Counted from the stretch's first letter, positions 8,794 to 17,072 are shown. The stretch: DNA of 64,000 nucleotides from Clostridia bacterium (GCA_036645575.1 JAVXNW010000001.1:11896-75895), one strand, 5' to 3'. Made by a program: numbers and translations. Notes: a model not told the origin generated them from the sequence alone.

Positions 8794-9450
8794 ATGAAAA
8801 AGAATGTGCTGATCTATCTCGTGGGGTTCGTCGCGCTGTTTGTGCTGGCGTTTGTCGGGTACAATGCGCTCAAGGGGCGGATTCGCCCGGAAAGCGCGAT
8901 CACGCCCGTGGCCACGCAGGCGCCCACTGCGACGCAGGCGCCCGTGGTGCCCGCTGAAATTCCGGAGGGGCAAAGCGACGTCGCGTCCGGGGATGTCGCG
9001 CCCGAGGACGCCGCGCCCGCGGCGCAAAAGGCGCCTGACGTCACCGTCTACGCGGCCGATGGAACGCCCACTAGGCTGTCTGACTTTTTGGGAAAGCCGG
9101 TCGTGCTCAACTTCTGGGCGAGCTGGTGTCCGCCCTGCAAAGGGGAGATGCCCGATTTTCAAAAGCTCTACGACGAAGTGGGGGACGACGTGGTCTTCAT
9201 GATGGTCAACCAGACGGACGGCCAGCGCGAGACGCAAAAAAAGGCCGCCGCGTTCATCGAAAAGCAGGGCTATACCTTCCCGGTCTACTTCGACACCGAC
9301 CTTGCGGCCTCGATGACCTATCAGGTCTATTCGATCCCGACCACGGTGCTGGTGGACGTCCAAGGGAATCTGGTCGCCATCTCGCCCGGTCAGATGGACG
9401 AGGCGACGCTTCGGGCGGACATTGAGATGATTCAATCCCCCAACGGCTGA
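8794..9450 (+). CDS. TlpA/ResA-family membrane-anchored thiol-disulfide oxidoreductase
   Basis: N-terminal TM anchor, an Ala/Pro/Thr-rich linker and a thioredoxin fold with WASWCPPCKGEMP. Confidence 0.85.
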   Translation: MKKNVLIYLVGFVALFVLAFVGYNALKGRIRPESAITPVATQAPTATQAPVVPAEIPEGQSDVASGDVAPEDAAPAAQKAPDVTVYAADGTPTRLSDFLGKPVVLNFWASWCPPCKGEMPDFQKLYDEVGDDVVFMMVNQTDGQRETQKKAAAFIEKQGYTFPVYFDTDLAASMTYQVYSIPTTVLVDVQGNLVAISPGQMDEATLRADIEMIQSPNG

Positions 9451-9467
9451 AGCAAGCGCCCCACCGG

Positions 9468-10124
9468 TTAAATGCCGCCGAGGCGCTGTATGTCCAATAT
9501 CGTGATGGCGCCGCGCGACAGCGCGACCAGGCCGTCCAGCTGAAACTGCTTGAGCAGCCGCGAGACCACTTCGCGCGCGCTGCCCAGGTCCCTGGCCAAC
9601 TGATCGTGGGTGATCGTGAGGTGATCGCTCTTGGCGAGGGTGCGGTGCTCCAGCAGGCATTCCGCCAGCCGATGCGCCATGTTGGAAAAGACGAACTGGC
9701 CAAAGATCCACATGACGTCGGAAAAGCGGGAAGAGACGAGCTCGAGGGTGAAGTCCTTGGCGAGGGGCGACGCGTCGCTGAGCATCTGATAGATGCGCGT
9801 CGGGATGATCGACACGTCGGAATCGGCCTCAAATTCCATGTTGATCTGAAAGTCGAGGTTTTTAATCATGCAGGCGGCGCTCATCACGCACACGTCGCCG
9901 CCCAGCAGCCGATACAGCGTAATTTCACCGCCGTTGGGCGACGTGATGAACACGCGCACCTGCCCCGAGCGGATGATCTCAAGGCCGATGCACTCGCCGC
10001 CGCCGTGGCAGATCACCGTCCCCTTGGGAAAGTGCTTTTCAAGCGCGTTGTCCAGCAAAAGCGACTGAAGCTCGCTTGGCAGCGCGTCAAAATAGGGAAG
10101 GCTGTGGGAGAGCGTTTCGCGCAT
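9468..10124 (-). CDS. Crp/Fnr family transcriptional regulator
   Basis: 218 aa with an N-terminal cNMP-binding-like beta-roll and a C-terminal HTH (THDQLARDLGSAREVVSRLLKQF). Confidence 0.85.
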   Translation of the reverse strand: MRETLSHSLPYFDALPSELQSLLLDNALEKHFPKGTVICHGGGECIGLEIIRSGQVRVFITSPNGGEITLYRLLGGDVCVMSAACMIKNLDFQINMEFEADSDVSIIPTRIYQMLSDASPLAKDFTLELVSSRFSDVMWIFGQFVFSNMAHRLAECLLEHRTLAKSDHLTITHDQLARDLGSAREVVSRLLKQFQLDGLVALSRGAITILDIQRLGGI

Positions 10125-10256
10125 AGGGCATCCTCCTTCGCTAAAAGGCCATCTACGTTAGTATACCACAGATTGAAACAGGGGAACCAATCATGCGGAA
10201 ATATAGGGGATAGGTAGAAGAAAGAATACGGCGCAGAATTGGGAGGCGGATGAATC

Positions 10257-10628
10257 ATGGAGAGGCAGAGCTTTATTCTGGGGATGATGACCGCGTTTTG
10301 CGAGTGCGTTGCGGGCGGGTCCAAGCCGCTTGCGCTTTCGCCGCCACTGAGCGACGAGGACTACGCGCAGGTGCGGGCGCAGGCGCTTTCGCTGGTTGAG
10401 GCGCATGGGCTCAAGGCGTATCATGAAAAAAACGAGGATTTGCCGGAGGCGGCGCGCTGCCACTGGATCGTCATTTACGCGCGGCCGGAGGTGCTTGACG
10501 CCTACCTTTCGCTGCGCGCAAGCGGGAAAAACCCCAAGCGCGAGTTGGACGCCTTTGCCGAAGTGCTGGGCTATACGCCCTATCGCGTCCACACATCTTA
10601 CGATGGCTTTCACGCATTGTGCCAATAG
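10257..10628 (+). CDS. hypothetical protein
   Basis: 123-aa ORF with GGGAGGCGGATGAATC upstream of the ATG. No motif recognised. Confidence 0.4.
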   Translation: MERQSFILGMMTAFCECVAGGSKPLALSPPLSDEDYAQVRAQALSLVEAHGLKAYHEKNEDLPEAARCHWIVIYARPEVLDAYLSLRASGKNPKRELDAFAEVLGYTPYRVHTSYDGFHALCQ

Positions 10629-10670
10629 AGGGAAATATGTAACCTCCCGGATGAGCCGGGAGGCGGTGGG

Positions 10671-12131
10671 TCAACCCACCTGCAAGACGACGAGGTTGGC
10701 AAGTATGCTGGTGGCGGTGTCGAAATTGATCGCCGAGCCGCTCGTGTTGATGAGCGAAACGACGCCGGGCACGCCGGAGATGGTGATGAGCGCCGAGCCA
10801 TTTATCTGGCCGCGCGAGACGTAGCCGTCGATCGTGGCGACGATGGTGCTGCCCACCCGGAGGCTGAGCGAGACCGCGTTGGTCGAGTCCTTGACGTTGA
10901 GCGACCAGGTCACGTAGTAATTGCCGGTTGCGGCAAAGACGAAATCGCCCGAGCCGAGCGCATAGGCAATGTCCGTGCTTTGGTCATTGACGAGCAGGTT
11001 GAATGGGACGGACGCGTTGATGCCAAGCGTCGTGCCGGTCGTCAACTGCGCGTGCAATCCCCGCAGCGTGCAGGACGGGCCGACTGGACCGACGGGGCCA
11101 ACCGGGCCGACAGGGCCGGCGGGGCCAGTCGCGCCGGTTGCGCCGGTTGCGCCGGTGGGGCCGGCAGGGCCGACGGGGCCGGTCGCGCCAGTCGCGCCGG
11201 TCGCGCCAGTCGCCCCGGTCGCGCCCGTTGCGCCGATGGGGCCGATGGGGCCGGTCGCGCCCGTTGCGCCGGCGGGGCCGATGGGGCCAATGGGGCCAGT
11301 CGCGCCGGTCGCACCAGCGGGGCCGATGGGGCCGATGGGGCCGATGGGGCCGACTGCGCCCGTTGCGCCCGTTGCGCCGGCGGGGCCGATGGGGCCAATG
11401 GGGCCGACTGCGCCGGTTGCACCGGTTGCACCGGTTGCACCTGCGGGGCCGATGGGGCCAATGGGGCCGACTGCGCCCGTTGCGCCGGTTGCGCCAGCGG
11501 GGCCGATGGGGCCGACTGCGCCCGCTGCGCCGGTCGCACCAGTCGCGCCTGCGGGGCCGATGGGGCCGATCGGGCCGACTGCGCCCGTTGCGCCGGTCGC
11601 ACCAGTCGCGCCAGCGGGGCCGATGGGGCCGATCGGGCCGACTGCGCCCGTTGCGCCGGTTGCGCCCGTTGCGCCAGTCGCGCCGGCGGGTCCGATGGAA
11701 CCGGTCGCACCGGTCGCACCTGTTGCGCCAGTCGCGCCAGTTGCGCCAGCAGGTCCGATGGGGCCAATGGGTCCGATGGGGCCAGTCGCGCCGGTTGCGC
11801 CAGCGGGGCCGATGGGGCCGATGGGGCCAGTTGCGCCGGTTGCGCCAGCGGGTCCAATGGGGCCGATGGGGCCAGTTGCGCCGGTTGCGCCAGCGGGTCC
11901 AATGGGGCCAATGGGGCCAATGGGGCCAGTCGCGCCGGTTGCGCCAGCGGGTCCAATGGGGCCGATGGGGCCAGTCGCGCCAGTCGCGCCGGTTGCGCCA
12001 GTCGCGCCGACGGGGCCGCGCGGGCCGGGGCAGCATCCACAGCAGCAAGACGATGCGCCTTGGAACGAATCACAGGCGCTTGAACCACAATATGCGTTGT
12101 TTCCCTGAGCACAAAAATCATAAATATCCAT
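10671..12131 (-). CDS. collagen-like triple-helix repeat protein with Cys-rich N-terminus and BclA/C1q-like C-terminal domain (exosporium/spore-surface type)
   Basis: ATG at 12131 (the track start at 12134 is TTG) with GAGG upstream. The N-terminus is [28 protein letters not shown]. About 105 uninterrupted G-X-Y triplets ([15 protein letters not shown]) follow at nt ~11073..12026. A ~133-aa beta-rich C-terminal domain completes the protein. Confidence 0.85.
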   Translation of the reverse strand: MDIYDFCAQGNNAYCGSSACDSFQGASSCCCGCCPGPRGPVGATGATGATGATGPIGPIGPAGATGATGPIGPIGPIGPAGATGATGPIGPIGPAGATGATGPIGPIGPAGATGATGPIGPIGPIGPAGATGATGATGATGATGSIGPAGATGATGATGATGAVGPIGPIGPAGATGATGATGAVGPIGPIGPAGATGATGAAGAVGPIGPAGATGATGAVGPIGPIGPAGATGATGATGAVGPIGPIGPAGATGATGAVGPIGPIGPIGPAGATGATGPIGPIGPAGATGATGPIGPIGATGATGATGATGATGATGPVGPAGPTGATGATGATGPAGPVGPVGPVGPVGPSCTLRGLHAQLTTGTTLGINASVPFNLLVNDQSTDIAYALGSGDFVFAATGNYYVTWSLNVKDSTNAVSLSLRVGSTIVATIDGYVSRGQINGSALITISGVPGVVSLINTSGSAINFDTATSILANLVVLQVG

Positions 12132-12306
12132 CAAAACGACCTCGTCTTCAAAAGGTTTATTTAGGCTCGATCACTTTGGAAAAATGATCAATACAACCTA
12201 TGCCATGCTATGCCGCCTCCCGTCAAGCGGCTACCGCCAGCCTGAAATGAGGCGGATGCACAAAACCCTTGAACCGCAAACCGCATAAAGCGCACCCCCG
12301 AATCAA

Positions 12307-12465
12307 GGGAACCGCTGAATAAATCCCGCGGTTCTGGCTTTTGCATTTCCGCCATGCCCGTCCTGCAAAATCCCGGGTGTAGTTCCACTACGCCTTCGGC
12401 TTTTGCGGACGAAGCTTACGAAAATTCAGCTCGCCATCACGCGCGTTCTTTCATCAGCGGTTCCC
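12307..12465. mobile_element. MITE/REP-like element, full-length copy (159 bp) with perfect 12-bp terminal inverted repeats
   Basis: GGGAACCGCTGA at 12307..12318 and TCAGCGGTTCCC at 12454..12465. Both ends recur at 16479..16529 and 19794..19839. No coding capacity. Confidence 0.5.
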
Positions 12466-12515
12466 AAGAAGAAACGGTGGTGCGCTTTGTAACCATTACC
12501 TTTCGTCGCCCCGCG

Positions 12516-13538
12516 CTATGGCGTGAGTGCGGCGCGGGTCAGGGCGAAATAGCTTTCGTCGGGCACGTAGTCGGGGATGCTGTTGCCGGAGCCTAGGGCA
12601 TAGCCGCGCGATCCGGTCAGGGAAAGCAGCGCTCGTGCGCGCTGCTCGATGGCCTCGGGCGTGCTCCGGCACAAAAAGTCCACGTCGATGCCGCCCAGCA
12701 CGGCGATTTTGTCGTGCAGTTCCGCATAGGCCTGCTCGACGGGCACGATGTTGTCCTCGTAGGAATGTCGCGCGTCAAAGCCCATCTGGACGATGTCGTC
12801 CAGAATCGGGCGAAAGACGCCGCAGGAGTGCAGGATGGCGTATTTGCCCTGCGCGTGCGCGAGGCGACAGCACTGCGCATACCAGGGGAACACGTACTTG
12901 CGCAGCGCGTCCGGGGCGAGCAGCGTCTGGGTGTTAAAGCCCCAGTCGTCGTTGCAGAGGATCGCGCGAACCGCAGGATAGCCGACAATCTGCCGGTAAA
13001 AATCCAGTATGATCTGCCCCACGCGCGCAAAGATGTCCGAAAGCAGTTCCTCGTCGTCGTAGAGCATCATGCACAGGTTTTCATAGCCGACAAGCGCGAC
13101 CGTGGTCTCCAAAATGCCATCCGCGCTGGCCATGATAATGCCCATGCCCTCGGGCAGCACGCCTGTCAGCCGGTCGAGATAGCCATAGTCGTAGGCCTTT
13201 GCGTCGGGCCACGGATAGCGCTCAAACGCCGCCCGGTCCGCGATCAGCGACGGGTGGTTGAGCGAGCGGGACTTGAGCTGCGCGCCCGCGTCGCTCATCG
13301 GGAAGATCCACGGGCAGGAGAGCGTCGCATAGTCGTAACCCGCCGCCTCAAACGCCTTAATCAGCCGCGCGGCCGCGCGCTCGTCGCTCAAATCGGAAGA
13401 CGCGGGCAGGCCGCTCAAGCGCGTATAGAGGCGGTCGTTTAAAAAATATTCAAATAGCGTGGCGCGCGCGGGCGTCTTTCGCTCGAGCACCGCCGCCAGA
13501 TTGGCAAAGTCGGGCCTGCGCACAGGGCTGTTGGTCAT
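12516..13538 (-). CDS. uroporphyrinogen decarboxylase (URO-D) family protein (MtaA/MtbA-like methyltransferase fold)
   Basis: Start chosen at the internal ATG 13538 (MTNSPVRRPDF...). The overall URO-D-like pattern is ...ILHSCGVFRPILDDIVQMGFDARHSYED...LGSGNSIP. Confidence 0.7.
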   Translation of the reverse strand: MTNSPVRRPDFANLAAVLERKTPARATLFEYFLNDRLYTRLSGLPASSDLSDERAAARLIKAFEAAGYDYATLSCPWIFPMSDAGAQLKSRSLNHPSLIADRAAFERYPWPDAKAYDYGYLDRLTGVLPEGMGIIMASADGILETTVALVGYENLCMMLYDDEELLSDIFARVGQIILDFYRQIVGYPAVRAILCNDDWGFNTQTLLAPDALRKYVFPWYAQCCRLAHAQGKYAILHSCGVFRPILDDIVQMGFDARHSYEDNIVPVEQAYAELHDKIAVLGGIDVDFLCRSTPEAIEQRARALLSLTGSRGYALGSGNSIPDYVPDESYFALTRAALTP

Positions 13539-13703
13539 TTCGATGAATGCCACCTTTCGTCGGATCGCGCCGCTGCCCGCCCGCGAAAATCGTCGGGCAC
13601 GACGGTCGATGCCCATTCCAAACACGAACGCAACGCCGCCGATGCGCGGTTGATCGCGTTTATGCCGGTCAGGGGCATTGTTTTTTTGCGGAAGACGCCT
13701 TGA

Positions 13704-14153
13704 TTATTCCTCGTATTTTTCGAGCGACACGCCGCCCTCTTCGAGCATCTGCACCGCGAAGTCGTCCGGATATCCCTCGGCGTAGACGACGCGGCGAATG
13801 CCCGCGTTGACAATCATCTTCGCGCAGATGACACAGGGCTGGTGCGTGCAGTACAGCGTCGCGCCCTCGATCGCGACGCCCAAGCGCGCGGCCTGAATGA
13901 TCGCGTTTTGCTCTGCGTGGATCGCGTAGCAGATCTCCTGTCGCGTGCCCGACGCAATGCCCAGCTTGCGCCGAAGGCATTCGCCGCGCTCCACGCATGT
14001 CTTAACGCCCGACGGCGCGCCGTTGTAGCCGGTCGTCATGATGCGCTTGTCCTTGACGATCACCGCGCCAATCTTGCGGTTTTCCTGATAGCAGCTCGCC
14101 CAAGACGCGATCACCCGGGTCATCTCCATAAACCGGCGATCCCATTTATCCAT
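13704..14153 (-). CDS. comEB: dCMP deaminase (ComEB family)
   Basis: 149 aa with zinc motifs HAEQNAI and PCVICAKMI. Overlaps the upstream gene by 8 nt. Confidence 0.85.
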   Translation of the reverse strand: MDKWDRRFMEMTRVIASWASCYQENRKIGAVIVKDKRIMTTGYNGAPSGVKTCVERGECLRRKLGIASGTRQEICYAIHAEQNAIIQAARLGVAIEGATLYCTHQPCVICAKMIVNAGIRRVVYAEGYPDDFAVQMLEEGGVSLEKYEE

Positions 14154-14901
14154 GTTCTTCCCCCTTAAATCTTGCGCACACCATCTCGTAGGCGGCTGGG
14201 GTTCCGATGTCGATGCACTCGCCCGTAAATTGGTACACCCGCACCTCGCGGCGCTTGTACAGCCATTCCGGGAAGTGCCCCGGCGCGTCCGGCGCGCCGC
14301 CCTCGTCCAAATATTGCTTGATCAGCGCAAGCGTGTCCTTCCGGTAGAGGTACACCGCGTAGATCGCGATGTCGCTCGGCGGATCCTGCGGCTTTTCGAT
14401 GAGCGACGTCACGCATCCGTCGGGGTCAAGCGTCGCGACCGCAAAGCGGCGCAGATCCTCAACGCTCGCAATGCGCGTGCCCAGCAGCAGGTCGCGTCCA
14501 TGGCGCGCAAAGTCGTCGGTGAATTGCGTCAGCGGAAACGTGAAGAAATCATCGGACGCGGCGACCAACAGATCCTCATCGATCCCCGCCTGCGCAATGG
14601 AAAACTGTATGTCGCCCACCGCGCCCAGCTTTTCTTGATCCGAGCGCGTGCCATCGTTTAGGACGGTAAAGCGCAAGGGGGCGTATTGCGCGCGCGCACG
14701 CGCCGCCCACGCCTCGAACTGATCGAAAAAGCGCGCATTTGTCACGACAAGCACCTCGCTGAGCGCCTGAATCGCGTGAAGTTCATGGGCCAGAAAGTCC
14801 ATCATCGTGCCGCTTCCAATCGGCAAGAGCGCCTTGGGCGTATGGAGCGTCAGCGGATATAGCCGCGTCGAATAGCCCGCCGCCAGAATCAATGCTTTCA
14901 T
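14146..14901 (-). CDS. sugar-phosphate nucleotidyltransferase (NTP_transferase family)
   Basis: ATG 14901 follows GAGGAG. The N-terminal signature is LILAAGYSTRLYPLT. Confidence 0.8.
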   Translation of the reverse strand: MKALILAAGYSTRLYPLTLHTPKALLPIGSGTMMDFLAHELHAIQALSEVLVVTNARFFDQFEAWAARARAQYAPLRFTVLNDGTRSDQEKLGAVGDIQFSIAQAGIDEDLLVAASDDFFTFPLTQFTDDFARHGRDLLLGTRIASVEDLRRFAVATLDPDGCVTSLIEKPQDPPSDIAIYAVYLYRKDTLALIKQYLDEGGAPDAPGHFPEWLYKRREVRVYQFTGECIDIGTPAAYEMVCARFKGEEHG

Positions 14902-14924
14902 GATGTTGGGTCTCCTCATCTGTA

Positions 14925-15611
14925 TTATGACCGATAGCCAGCCAGCCAGCCGTCGATTAACCGATCACGCAGGCGTTGGCGCGCAAACAGCGTTCCGGGC
15001 ATTTGCTCCGCCATGCGCATGCTGATGGGCACGCCGTCGGCCACTACGACGTGATCCAGCACTAGAATGCCAAGCGGCAGCAGCGCGTCGATGGCCAGCC
15101 CCGTGCACAGGATATCGCCCCGCGAGGGCTCGCGCGTGCCGCTTGGGTGGTTGTGGCTGAGCACCACCGCATAGGCGTGGGTGCGCGCCGTCTTTTCCAA
15201 GATGTGCCGAAGGTAAAACGCGGTCTCGTCCACGCTTCCTTGCTGGAGCAGCGAGCAATCCAGGTACTGCCCCTTCGCATCCAGGCACAACAGGTAAAAA
15301 CACTCGTTGTGAACGCCGATGTAGAGCCTTCGCAGGTATTCACCCGCGCGCGCAAAGGTGTCGAGCAGCGTCATCGTCTGCGCCTCTTCCATGGCCAAGT
15401 ACCGGGAAAGCGCGGGCACCATGGTGAGAATCCGAGCCGAGGCGTCGCTTATCTCGCCCATTTTGCTCAAGTCGTCTGCGGTCAATTCTAAAATTGGCGC
15501 AATGTCGCGGTGCGTGCGCATGAGGCGCCGAGCCGCCGCCGCCACATCCGCCTTCGGGGCGCCCAAGGCGATGAGCCGCGCAAGCAACTGTTCGCCGTCC
15601 GCCGGGTTCAT
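14925..15611 (-). CDS. radC: RadC-family JAB/MPN domain protein
   Basis: N-terminal HhH-like region. The C-terminal JAMM motif is LSHNHPSGTREPSRGD. Confidence 0.85.
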   Translation of the reverse strand: MNPADGEQLLARLIALGAPKADVAAAARRLMRTHRDIAPILELTADDLSKMGEISDASARILTMVPALSRYLAMEEAQTMTLLDTFARAGEYLRRLYIGVHNECFYLLCLDAKGQYLDCSLLQQGSVDETAFYLRHILEKTARTHAYAVVLSHNHPSGTREPSRGDILCTGLAIDALLPLGILVLDHVVVADGVPISMRMAEQMPGTLFARQRLRDRLIDGWLAGYRS

Positions 15612-15880
15612 GGGATTCGATCAAGCGCCTGCCGCAGCACCTCGGCGTCCTCAATCGGGCCGGACATGTAATAGCCGCGCAGCTCCTCGTCGTAGGCCAG
15701 GTGCTCCGCCGCTAGCACGTCCGCGCCATCCTCTGTCAGCAACACCTCAAGCGACATCGGGTCCTCTTCGTCGTACAGATCCACCACATATTCGCCCGTG
15801 TCAATCAGCTCCGCGTCCTCAAACGCGGAAAGCCGCTCCCGGAGCGCCTCGATTTCGTCCAGATTCATCTTTATCAGCAC
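15608..15880 (-). CDS. small highly acidic hypothetical protein, translationally coupled to radC
   Basis: The stop overlaps the radC start as ATGA (15608..15611). Start is uncertain: GTG 15880 lies 6 nt after GGGAGG, with alternatives ATG 15904 and 15868. Asp/Glu-rich throughout. Confidence 0.5.
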   Translation of the reverse strand: MLIKMNLDEIEALRERLSAFEDAELIDTGEYVVDLYDEEDPMSLEVLLTEDGADVLAAEHLAYDEELRGYYMSGPIEDAEVLRQALDRIP

Positions 15881-16204
15881 AATGAGCCTCCCATTCCGGC
15901 ACATTTCGCCCTCGCGCCCGTGCGTGCCGCCAATTCATCCTTGTTCTTGATCCCTTGACCACGCCCGTCATGCCCATGACAAAATAATGTCTACGTCTAC
16001 ATTATTTTACCCTACTTGCGCCCATTTGGCAAGCGCCCTTTGTTCATTTTTCAGCCGATACGCTCTGCCTGCTCGATTTCCCCCCGATGAGGCCCGCTCA
16101 ACCGCGTCTGCGCGCCCCCTCACAACAGATTCGACCTCATCCGCCGCATACGGCCCGGGAAAGGCCATCCCCACACAAGCGAACGTAAATTTTAAGAAAT
16201 CCAT

Positions 16205-16233
16205 TGACATCTTTGGCTGACTCGTGTATAATC
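16205..16233 (+). promoter_or_regulatory. consensus sigma-A-type promoter
   Basis: TTGACA (16205..16210), a 17-nt spacer, then TATAAT (16228..16233), ~13 nt upstream of the tRNA-like gene. Confidence 0.7.
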
Positions 16234-16246
16234 ATCAATGTTGCGC

Positions 16247-16323
16247 GGGGTTATAGCTCAGGTGGGTAGTGCGTTAGGTTGACATCGTAAAGGTCGATGG
16301 TACGAGCCCATTTAACCCAACCA
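16247..16323 (+). tRNA. atypical tRNA-Val(GAC)-like gene (possible pseudo-tRNA or tRNA-like RNA)
   Basis: A 77-nt cloverleaf can be drawn with anticodon loop TTGACAT and an encoded CCA. It has a G1-A72 mismatch, a T12-T23 mismatch, a G30-G40 mismatch and T-loop TACGAGC (position 55 is A instead of the invariant U). Confidence 0.5.
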
Positions 16324-16349
16324 CACCGTCGGGGTCATCGCGATCAAAG

Positions 16350-16380
16350 ACATCCACCGTCAAAAGCGGTGGATGTTTTG
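16350..16380 (+). terminator. rho-independent terminator after the tRNA-like gene
   Basis: Perfect 10-bp stem ACATCCACCG / CGGTGGATGT, 7-nt loop, then TTTT. Confidence 0.7.
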
Positions 16381-16478
16381 CGTTGTTCCCGCCAATATGG
16401 GCGCGATGGACGTTGCGGCGCGTGGCGCAACGCAGACTTCCGCCCTTTCAACCTGTCGTCCGCCCTTTGCGTGGCGGA

Positions 16479-16529
16479 GATGGCGGAAATGCAGCCGCCG
16501 GCGCGTGCGGGATTTATTCAGCGGTTCCC
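16479..16529. repeat. MITE/REP-like repeat, one-ended copy (inverted relative to 12307..12465)
   Basis: GCGGGATTTATTCAGCGGTTCCC and ATGGCGGAAATGCA are reverse complements of 12307..12329 and 12341..12354. No second terminal repeat was found. Confidence 0.6.
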
Positions 16530-16909
16530 TAATGCCCGGAAATTCTTCCCGCTTCGTTTCCGTTTCCGCCCGCCGTCCCCGATATCGCTGAATGTCTGCG
16601 GCTTCATTTGCTTCACCAACATTGCCGGATGGCTTATTATATCATATTCTTGGTCGGATTTAATCAGTGATTCCCTAGCTTGCCCCTACGATTGACAAAG
16701 AGCTGTTTTGGGAAAAACATCCGAACCCCTCACCAACGGTGAAAAGGTTTGGTTGCCGTGATTGCTCGATCGGGCGGGGATTTCGTGTTGCATTTCGTGT
16801 TGTTTTTATTTGCAAAACGGCGTATTATCGTATGAAATGAGCTTGAATTAGTGCGATATGGCGGATGTCGCAGGGGGAGAATGTGCCCATACTATAAGGA
16901 AAGGGATGG

Positions 16910-16936
16910 AAAAACCCCATCCCATAAGGGATGGGG
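16910..16936 (-). terminator. rho-independent terminator after tRNA-Ala
   Basis: On the minus strand: CCCCATCCC-TTAT-GGGATGGGG followed by TTTTT. Confidence 0.7.
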
Positions 16937-16938
16937 TT

Positions 16939-17014
16939 TGGTGGAGCATAGGAGATTCGAACTCCTGACCCCAACACTGCCAGTGTTGTGCGCTACCAAC
17001 TGCGCTAATGCCCC
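16939..17014 (-). tRNA. tRNA-Ala (anticodon GGC)
   Basis: The reverse complement folds as a canonical 76-nt cloverleaf: GGGGCAT acceptor with the G3:U70 Ala identity pair, anticodon loop CTGGCAG, T-loop TTCGAAT and an encoded CCA. Confidence 0.9.
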
Positions 17015-17044
17015 TTGCCGCTTGGTCTCTTGCGAACAGTTAGT

Positions 17045-17072
17045 ATTATAGCAGGTATTGGGATGTTTGTAA
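17045..17072 (-). promoter_or_regulatory. sigma-A-type promoter for tRNA-Ala
   Basis: Minus strand: TTACAA, a 16-nt spacer, then TATAAT, ~30 nt upstream of the tRNA 5' end. Confidence 0.55.

Noticed and set aside
10969-12187. Four additional long ORFs (349-379 aa) overlapping the collagen-like gene on both strands
   Set aside because: They are by-products of the GC-rich triplet repeat. The translations are monotonous (PVAPVAP..., RRRWGRW..., ADGADGA...) and lack start context. Only the minus-strand GXY frame has non-repeat N- and C-terminal domains and an RBS.
12188-12596. Small ORFs at 12188..12388, 12354..12596, 16297..16695, 16373..16591 and 19642..19926 that share peptide motifs (RDLFSGSL, ARSFISGSQ)
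   Set aside because: The shared motifs come from translating copies of the MITE/REP-like DNA repeat in different frames. There is no RBS, the orientation is inconsistent, and the sequences are Arg/Pro-rich junk elsewhere.
15983-16010. Inverted repeat AAAATAATGT-8 nt-ACATTATTTT upstream of the radC operon as a specific operator
   Set aside because: It is a real 10-bp palindrome, but I cannot tie it to any known regulator motif, and it may simply be an AT-rich promoter-region feature. It is left unannotated.
16851-17051. 66-aa ORF overlapping tRNA-Ala
   Set aside because: It runs antisense across a canonical tRNA gene and its terminator, and has no RBS.
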